Sequence record: PQ900155.1
Direction: 5' to 3' (one strand)
DNA length: 48,021 nt
Source of the DNA: Escherichia phage vB_Eco_CWW26
The notes beneath the pieces were generated by a model. The model searched no databases and was not told where the DNA came from. It saw only the letters and a list, made by a program, of their open reading frames with translations. Position numbers and translations under genes: made by a program. Positions 42,354-48,021 of the stretch are shown piece after piece (positions within the stretch are counted from its first letter, which is position 1; the number at the start of each line of letters is the position of its first letter).

Positions 42354-44711
42354 ATGACACATGTGAATCCCCCGGTGCAGGGGGCCGATTCCCTGCACTT
42401 TATCGTCTGCAAAACAGTATCTTCACAGAAGAAGCCCGGGCGCACGGAGAAGATGCCATGTAATGCCGCTGGTGATGTAGTCAGTCTGCACGTTGCGGAC
42501 CGTATGACTCATGCTCAGGCGGTTGCGGCGGCTTCTGCACTGGGTGAGTCATATCGCCCCGCAGTCATTCTCACGGGTGACGGTCGTTTCTGCGTGGATA
42601 TCGACGGTGCACTACAGGATGATAACACCTGGTCACCGCTCGCGCTGGAGTTGTGCACCACTTTTGCCGGTTGTTACGTGGAAGTGAGTAACAGCGGTAA
42701 AGGCTTGCACATTTTTGGTTACAGTCCGTCCATCCCTGAGCATAGCTGTAAAAATATTTCGCTGCACATCGAACTGTACACGTCTGACCGTTTTATCTGT
42801 CTGGGAAGTGGTGCACGGGGTGACATGATGTTTAACGCGTCTGTACCACTCAACGCCACGGTTGCACGTTATTTCCCACAGACCGAGCAAGTTACGGCGA
42901 CGGAATGGACCACAACTCACGTCGAAGGCTCATGTCCGATTGAGGACGATGCGAAACTCATCGAAAAAGCCTGTTCGAGTAAAGGTGGTGTCGCGGCTGT
43001 TTTCGGTGGCAAAGCAACATTCAAAGACCTGTGGACGCGTAATGTTGAGGTACTGAGTGATGCGTATCCAGATGAGGACCGCGAGTATGACGGGTCGAGC
43101 GCCGATGCCGCACTGGCCCAACATTTATCGTTCTGGACCGGTGGTAACTGTGAACGTATCGAACGCCTGATGTGTCTGTCTGCGCTGGCACGTCCTAAAT
43201 GGGACAGTCACAAATCGTACATGCGACGTACCATTCTGGGTGCTTGCGCGCGTCAGACAACTTATTACAGTGTCGGCGCACCGATTGAACTGGTGACCCC
43301 TGCTCAGGTCATTGAGACGGGTGCACCAGTTATCCGCAGTGGGTATCAATTTATTGGTGGCTCGCAGCTTGTTGACCACTTCAAAGGTTGTGTATATGTG
43401 GCAGACAGTCACCGTATTCTCACCCCCAACGGTCAGATGCTGAAGTCTGAGCAGTTTAACGCGATGTACGGTGGCTATGTGTTTGCGCTGGATGATGGTA
43501 ATGAGAAGACCACTAAAAAGGCTTTCGAAGCGTTCACCGAGAACCAGTGTATCATGTTTCCGAAAGTTGACCGCTCAACGTTCCGTCCGGACCTGCCGCA
43601 GGGTGCTATCATCGAAGAAGATGGTCTGCGTCATGTCAACGCATACGTACCGGTGACAGTAGCAAGCGTCCCGGGCGATGTGACACCTTTCCTTACTCAT
43701 CTGGCCAAACTGTTACCCGTCGAGCGTGACCGCGACATCCTGCTGTCCTACATGGCAGCATGCGTACAGTACAAAGGGACCAAGTTCAAATGGGCACCAT
43801 TGTTGCAGGGCGTCGAGGGTAACGGTAAAACACTGTTCACACTGTGCGTAATGGAAGCGGTTGGTTCACGCTACAGCCACATGCCGCCAGCGCAGGAAAT
43901 CGGTGAGAAGTTCAACGCCTGGCTGTTCGATAAAATATTTATCGGCGTGGAAGATATTTACGTTCCGGAGCAGAAACTTGAACTGATTGAAACACTCAAG
44001 CCAATGATTACCGGTGAGTACCTCGCTAAGCGTGCGATGCAGCAGGACCAGGTAATGCACCGCCTGTGTGCTAACTTCATGTTTAACAGTAACCACAAGA
44101 ACGCCGTGCGCAAGACCGCTAATGACCGCCGGTTCGCTATTTTCTACACCGCGCAGCAGGAGCATATGGACATTGTGCGCGATGGCATGGGTGGCGACTA
44201 CTTCCCCAACCTGTACGACTGGCTCAAACGTGGCGGTGGATTTGCAGCCGTAACGCATTATCTGGAGAACTACGCCATTCCCGCACAACTTAACCCGGCG
44301 ACACATTGTCAGCGTGCCCCGGAAACAAGTAGCACCCATGAGGCTGTGACAGCATCGCTCGGTAGTGTCGAGCAGGAAATCATGGAAGCAATCGACGAGG
44401 GTCGCCAGGGCTTTGCGGGCGGTTGGGTGAGTAGTAAGGCACTGGATAATCTGTTACGCCAGATGCGCGCTGACCGCGCTGTACCGGTAGGTAAACGTCG
44501 TGACATGATGCGTCAACTGGGTTACGACTGGCACCCGGCGCTTAAAGACGGACGTGTGAACAATGTGATAATGATTGACGGTGGTAAGCCGCGGTTGTAC
44601 ATCAAGATTGGACACATTCACGCTAACCTCACAAATGCGGCGGACGTGGCGCGCCATTACGCAGCGGCACAGGGTGATACAAGTGCGTTAGCCTTTGCAG
44701 AAACTAAATAA
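42354..44711 (+). CDS. AEP primase-polymerase / SF3 helicase fusion (D5/P4-like replicative primase-helicase)
   Basis: 785 aa. Prim-pol motifs CVDIDG and SGKGLHIFG, Walker A GVEGNGKT, Walker B FIGVEDI. Confidence 0.8.
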   Translation: MTHVNPPVQGADSLHFIVCKTVSSQKKPGRTEKMPCNAAGDVVSLHVADRMTHAQAVAAASALGESYRPAVILTGDGRFCVDIDGALQDDNTWSPLALELCTTFAGCYVEVSNSGKGLHIFGYSPSIPEHSCKNISLHIELYTSDRFICLGSGARGDMMFNASVPLNATVARYFPQTEQVTATEWTTTHVEGSCPIEDDAKLIEKACSSKGGVAAVFGGKATFKDLWTRNVEVLSDAYPDEDREYDGSSADAALAQHLSFWTGGNCERIERLMCLSALARPKWDSHKSYMRRTILGACARQTTYYSVGAPIELVTPAQVIETGAPVIRSGYQFIGGSQLVDHFKGCVYVADSHRILTPNGQMLKSEQFNAMYGGYVFALDDGNEKTTKKAFEAFTENQCIMFPKVDRSTFRPDLPQGAIIEEDGLRHVNAYVPVTVASVPGDVTPFLTHLAKLLPVERDRDILLSYMAACVQYKGTKFKWAPLLQGVEGNGKTLFTLCVMEAVGSRYSHMPPAQEIGEKFNAWLFDKIFIGVEDIYVPEQKLELIETLKPMITGEYLAKRAMQQDQVMHRLCANFMFNSNHKNAVRKTANDRRFAIFYTAQQEHMDIVRDGMGGDYFPNLYDWLKRGGGFAAVTHYLENYAIPAQLNPATHCQRAPETSSTHEAVTASLGSVEQEIMEAIDEGRQGFAGGWVSSKALDNLLRQMRADRAVPVGKRRDMMRQLGYDWHPALKDGRVNNVIMIDGGKPRLYIKIGHIHANLTNAADVARHYAAAQGDTSALAFAETK

Positions 44712-44734
44712 GCCCTTCGGGGCTTTTTTTTTTT
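44709..44734 (+). terminator. Strong rho-independent terminator
   Basis: gccc-ttcg-gggc hairpin followed by T12 (44723..44734). Confidence 0.85.
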
Positions 44735-44744
44735 TGCAATTAGT

Positions 44745-44774
44745 GTTGACGAGTTCGTCAATGGGGAGTATAGT
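44745..44774 (+). promoter_or_regulatory. Rightward promoter TTGACG-N18-TATAGT in perfect palindrome TTGACG-AGTT-CGTCAA (44745..44760)
   Basis: ttgacg agttcgtcaaatggggag tatagt. It heads a block of small genes. Confidence 0.65.
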
Positions 44775-44804
44775 TAGTTCATCGACAACAGAGAGGTGAT
44801 GAAG

Positions 44805-44912
44805 ATGAGCAAGAAAACACAATTTTCAGTAAGCAACTACCATAACGAGCACGTCATGCGCTGGCACTGGCAGAAACTCAAAGAGCGCTACCTGGCAACG
44901 CAGGGTAAATAA
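44805..44912 (+). CDS. Hypothetical small protein (35 aa)
   Basis: Read by hand: MSKKTQFSVSNYHNEHVMRWHWQKLKERYLATQGK. GAGAGG RBS 8 nt upstream. Confidence 0.35.
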   Translation: MSKKTQFSVSNYHNEHVMRWHWQKLKERYLATQGK

Positions 44913-44956
44913 ATAACATAGCGCCACCGAAGTGGCGCATAACCAGAGATAAGACC

Positions 44957-45130
44957 ATGAAAAACATTATCAATCATCACAAATTGTCTGACCTTCTGCG
45001 TGATATGACCGAGGTTCAGGCGTTGAACGCACTGTCACGTATGCGCACACAAGCTGACCGGGAGGGACTGTGTGTCACTCGTCTCATTGTTGAAGGTAAA
45101 GTTGTGGAGCAATGGATATGGAAACATTGA
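44957..45130 (+). CDS. Hypothetical small protein (57 aa)
   Basis: Read by hand: MKNIINHHKLSDLLRDMTEVQALNALSRMRTQADREGLCVTRLIVEGKVVEQWIWKH. Confidence 0.35.
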   Translation: MKNIINHHKLSDLLRDMTEVQALNALSRMRTQADREGLCVTRLIVEGKVVEQWIWKH

Positions 45131-45333
45131 GTTATTGTCAGCTGATGGAGCGCATGTTAGCGGCTGAAGCGCGGGTGGTGGAACTGGAGAAATATAAAGC
45201 TGCATTTATAACGTGGCAAGACAAAACAGAATGGGTACAGAAGGATTCACGCTTTGACATTTTATTACCCTGGGGTAAACATCGCGCGGACGTACTGAAA
45301 GAGTACATTGAATTGCTGGAGCGTAAACCATGA
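45112..45333 (+). CDS. Hypothetical protein (73 aa)
   Basis: ORF coupled to the downstream gene (ATGA). Confidence 0.45.
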   Translation: MDMETLSYCQLMERMLAAEARVVELEKYKAAFITWQDKTEWVQKDSRFDILLPWGKHRADVLKEYIELLERKP

Positions 45334-45626
45334 TTAAATATTTACCACTTGTAGCGCTCCTGGTGGGCGCTCAGGTTAACGCAGCTGTTACTGCTGAAAC
45401 AAATGAGTCACAGGTTGCTAACCTGCTCTTTAACGGCTGTAGCGCTCAACGTGCACAAATGGGCGTACAGGAAATTATTAAACAGGCTAACCCCGGCGGC
45501 AATCCAGCAGTGACTGACCTTATCATCAAAGGTTACAAGTTCGGCATTGATTACCCGAACGTCGGATGTAACCAGTTCTTCACGGTTGTCATTGACCAGT
45601 TAGTTAAAAGCCGGAGTAAAGCGTAA
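45330..45626 (+). CDS. Small secreted/periplasmic protein (98 aa)
   Basis: Signal peptide MIKYLPLVALLVGAQVNA-AV. Confidence 0.55.
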   Translation: MIKYLPLVALLVGAQVNAAVTAETNESQVANLLFNGCSAQRAQMGVQEIIKQANPGGNPAVTDLIIKGYKFGIDYPNVGCNQFFTVVIDQLVKSRSKA

Positions 45627-45961
45627 TGACTGTACCAGTATTCATTGAAGTATCTGGAGGATACAACAGGCCACCAGTATTGTGCGAATTCGTGATAACC
45701 AAAATGGGGCGGAAATACGCATACGGGTACCGTACGGATATTCCCTATAAAATCGAAGAAAAAATCGACATTGATAACTGGTGGTACTCGCGTGAAGAGT
45801 ACGAACACGAAGTAGTCCGACGGAAATTAGCTGACGCAATAAAGAAGCGATTAAGCGAGTTCATGGGACTGGAATCAATAACGCGCGCATCTGCTTCTGA
45901 TTTACACGGATTAGTTTTGCAACTGAAGAAATGTGGGATAGAGGTGAAATTTGATGATTAG
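45626..45961 (+). CDS. Hypothetical protein (111 aa)
   Basis: Coupled ORF (TAATG). Confidence 0.5.
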   Translation: MTVPVFIEVSGGYNRPPVLCEFVITKMGRKYAYGYRTDIPYKIEEKIDIDNWWYSREEYEHEVVRRKLADAIKKRLSEFMGLESITRASASDLHGLVLQLKKCGIEVKFDD

Positions 45962-47096
45962 ATTGACAGACGAACAATTGATTACGGATGTCACATCTGG
46001 AATGAGTGGTCACGCTATTGCGAGAAAGTATGGTATGACCCCCGGCAACATTAACCGCCGCATCAAACGTCTCGGTGCGCGCGGTCTTGGTCACGGTGGT
46101 GATGTGTCTCGCTTTGTGCCGGACGGTTACAAGGTGAAAGGTACATCATCACTGGTGAAGGAGGATGGGACTGTAGCGCTACAATGGGTTAAAACCGACG
46201 TAGACGCCGAGCGTCAGCTGAAAATGATGCAGGAAGCGATTGTGGCACTTACAGAGTGCTTATCCCCACTAGAGGAAATCAATTTAATATCCCATGATGA
46301 GGATAGCACTCTCCTGAACATGTACACAGTAACAGATGCACACATTGGTATGTTGGCATGTGAAGAAGAGGGTGGAGACGATTACGACACCAATATCGCG
46401 GAACATCTCATATCATCGTGGTTCAAATCAGCGACAACATTGGCACCCAATGCAACAGAATGCCTCATTAACCTTCAGGGGGATTTCCTGCACTTCGACG
46501 GACTGAAGGCAGTTACACCAACATCCGGACACATTCTCGACTCTGATACGCGTTTCTTCAAAGTGGTACAGACTGCTATCCGCGTGATTAAACGAGCCGT
46601 GAATATGTGTCTGGAGAAGCATCGGAAAGTGACGCTGCTAATCGCCACTGGTAACCATGACCTCGCGTCCGCCGTGTGGTTGCGAGAGATGTTTAAAGAG
46701 GTGTATTGCGGTAATCCCCGCGTGACCATTGTAGACGAACAAAGTCCCTACTACGCAATCGAATTCGGTAAAGTGATGATTGGTGTCCATCACGGGCATT
46801 GTTCCAGAATGGAAAAGTTGGACGCAGTATTTGCCAGTAAGTTCCGGGAGATTTATGGCCGTACTAAGTTCGGCTACCTACACATGGGACACTATCATCA
46901 TCGGAAAGTGTCAGAGAGCAACATGTTCGTTACCGAGATGCACCAAACTCTGGCGGCCAAAGACGAGTATTCAAGTAACGGAGGTTACGACTCCGGAAGA
47001 AGCGCCACTGTCATAACATATCATCGAGACTATGGTGAGATTGGCAGAATATCAATTCCCGTAGAGATGATTAAGGACCAGTATGGACTGGAATAG
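45951..47096 (+). CDS. HTH domain fused to a calcineurin-like metallophosphoesterase
   Basis: 381 aa. N-terminal GMSGHAIARKYGMTPGNINRRIKRLG (HTH), then phosphoesterase motifs TDAHIG, GDFLHFDG, GNHD, HHGH and GHYHH. Confidence 0.65.
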   Translation: MMIRLTDEQLITDVTSGMSGHAIARKYGMTPGNINRRIKRLGARGLGHGGDVSRFVPDGYKVKGTSSLVKEDGTVALQWVKTDVDAERQLKMMQEAIVALTECLSPLEEINLISHDEDSTLLNMYTVTDAHIGMLACEEEGGDDYDTNIAEHLISSWFKSATTLAPNATECLINLQGDFLHFDGLKAVTPTSGHILDSDTRFFKVVQTAIRVIKRAVNMCLEKHRKVTLLIATGNHDLASAVWLREMFKEVYCGNPRVTIVDEQSPYYAIEFGKVMIGVHHGHCSRMEKLDAVFASKFREIYGRTKFGYLHMGHYHHRKVSESNMFVTEMHQTLAAKDEYSSNGGYDSGRSATVITYHRDYGEIGRISIPVEMIKDQYGLE

Positions 47097-47108
47097 TATC
47101 AGGTAAAT

Positions 47109-47138
47109 AAAAGGCCCGCATTTAGCGGGCTTTGTTTT
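47109..47138. terminator. Bidirectional intrinsic terminator
   Basis: gcccgc-attta-gcgggc hairpin flanked by aaaa upstream and tttgtttt downstream. It lies between convergent genes. Confidence 0.75.
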
Positions 47139-47316
47139 ATCCAAGTGGAAATTTTTTATCAATCCATTCGTTCATCCTAATTCTCAATCTCTTCACGGAG
47201 TAACTCCAGTCATCGGCCTTATTTAGTATCGACTCAACAACTAAAATAATAATGAATACAGGTAGTACGATTATCCTTCCTGTGAGACTTTTCTTACTCA
47301 TCTTGTGCCATTGCAT
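47137..47316 (-). CDS. Small single-pass membrane protein (59 aa)
   Basis: This is track ORF 47137..47484 trimmed to ATG 47316, located 5 nt after the upstream stop. TM IIVLPVFIIILVV. Confidence 0.45.
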   Translation of the reverse strand: MQWHKMSKKSLTGRIIVLPVFIIILVVESILNKADDWSYSVKRLRIRMNEWIDKKFPLG

Positions 47317-47320
47317 TTTA

Positions 47321-47899
47321 TTATCTTCCACAGTTGCGGCATTCACCATTTGCCACATAACGTTCCGCAATAATATTACAATGCTTGCAAGGCTCATACG
47401 GAATATACCAGCGTTTGCCGTCAGCGATGGCCTGCTGGCGCGGTGATTTAATTTTAATGACTCCAACGTGAATTCCCGATTCACTCAGTAACAGGGCGTT
47501 TTTCATCGTCTCCAACTGTTCATTTAAAACAGAAATATTATGCTCAATCATGGCGATGTTTTCACGCAGTGCATCGACCTCACCAGCGGTGTCAACAATG
47601 GCTGCTTTTGGTTTTTTCCATTCCCCCGTCATGCGTTGTTCGGTTAAGCAGAAGACACATTTACCAGCAGTGTTACGGACGCCCGGATGTCCACATTCAC
47701 TGTTCGGTTTCTTCTGTACTCTCCACGAGCGACCATCATTAAGACCGTCGAGAACTTTTTGATAGAGTTCGTTGCGTGCAGGAAGACCCATGTTTTTCGC
47801 TTTCACAAAATCATGATGGTCATGAAGTGCACAAATACTACACAATTCTGTTTCTTTAAATTTTGTAGTGCCGTGACAATTATCTATAAGATGAATCAT
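47321..47899 (-). CDS. Multi-zinc-finger protein (192 aa)
   Basis: GGAGAG RBS. It has an N-terminal CH..C..C cluster and two copies of the module C-x-H-x8-10-G-x-C-x2-C (ECGHPGVRNTAGKCVFC and CKHCNIIAERYVANGECRNC), separated by a coiled coil. Confidence 0.55.
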   Translation of the reverse strand: MIHLIDNCHGTTKFKETELCSICALHDHHDFVKAKNMGLPARNELYQKVLDGLNDGRSWRVQKKPNSECGHPGVRNTAGKCVFCLTEQRMTGEWKKPKAAIVDTAGEVDALRENIAMIEHNISVLNEQLETMKNALLLSESGIHVGVIKIKSPRQQAIADGKRWYIPYEPCKHCNIIAERYVANGECRNCGR

Positions 47900-47924
47900 G
47901 TTTCTCTCCTTTTGTAGAGTATAT

Positions 47925-47954
47925 ACTATAAAATAATAGAGAATTACTCGTCAA
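47925..47954 (-). promoter_or_regulatory. Leftward promoter TTGACG-N18-TATAGT (half palindrome only)
   Basis: The minus strand reads ttgacg agtaattctctattattt tatagt. Its -35 is formed by bases 5..10 of the 300-bp repeat unit. Confidence 0.6.
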
Positions 47955-48021
47955 CACCTCATTTTACCCCGAAATACCCGAGCTATCGGGGTGGTGAATT
48001 TACATTCACAATCATAGGTTT
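47945..48021. repeat. 77-bp terminal overlap identical to 1..77 (circular-assembly closure)
   Basis: Exact identity over exactly 77 bp, truncated by the window end. Confidence 0.9.

Noticed and set aside
43866-44339. 157-aa minus-strand ORF inside the primase-helicase gene, and similar antisense ORFs at 27318..27781, 32372..32818 and 35030..35293
   Set aside because: All are antisense to motif-supported long genes, with no RBS and atypical composition.
44921-44938. Hairpin gcgccac-cgaa-gtggcgc between two small early ORFs as a terminator
   Set aside because: No U tract follows it. It is more likely an mRNA-stabilising or processing hairpin. There is not enough evidence to call it a regulatory element.

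Overview
The window is a complete, circularly closed genome of a contractile-tailed dsDNA phage. The last 77 bp (47945..48021) repeat the first 77 bp, so the unit length is about 47,944 bp. No integrase, CI-type module or phage RNA polymerase is visible, so it looks virulent. A SAR-type endolysin, separate i/o-spanins and sigma70-type promoters point to a Gram-negative host, probably enterobacterial.

Rightward (+) genes encode small and large terminase, portal, a Mu-F/SPP1-gp7-like head morphogenesis protein, scaffold-like protein, major capsid, connectors, sheath, tube, a chaperone with a -1 frameshift, tape measure, hub with an SLT domain, baseplate V/W/J, a beta-helix tail fibre and a Gly-rich fibre. 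Also on the + strand are an SF2 helicase, VRR-NUC nuclease, a mini TetR-like HTH protein and an AEP-primase/SF3-helicase fusion. Leftward (-) genes encode family B DNA polymerase, a SLOG/DUF2493-like protein, DnaQ-like exonuclease, a DUF2815-like SSB, a Cas4-like PD-(D/E)XK nuclease, dUTPase, the lysis genes, and several cassettes of small genes interleaved into the virion operon.

Five observations stand out:
1. A roughly 0.5-kb ORF-free unit lies antisense inside the baseplate operon (23166..23678). It has its own promoter, a minus-oriented intrinsic terminator and two long-range helices, making it a candidate novel large structured ncRNA.
2. A 16-bp palindrome, TTGACG-N4-CGTCAA, occurs 11 times, always intergenic. 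It doubles as the -35 element of about 12 promoters, including the one in front of the mini-TetR gene.
3. A 300-bp perfect direct repeat sits directly upstream of the two promoters that drive the packaging/head operon and the tail operon.
4. A free-standing homing-endonuclease-like gene with four tandem zinc-ribbon repeats follows the major capsid gene.
5. A 24-nt identical segment encoding TPWDERIH is shared by the polymerase and a Pro/Cys-rich replication-module protein.

All family assignments come from motif recognition by eye. No database search was run.
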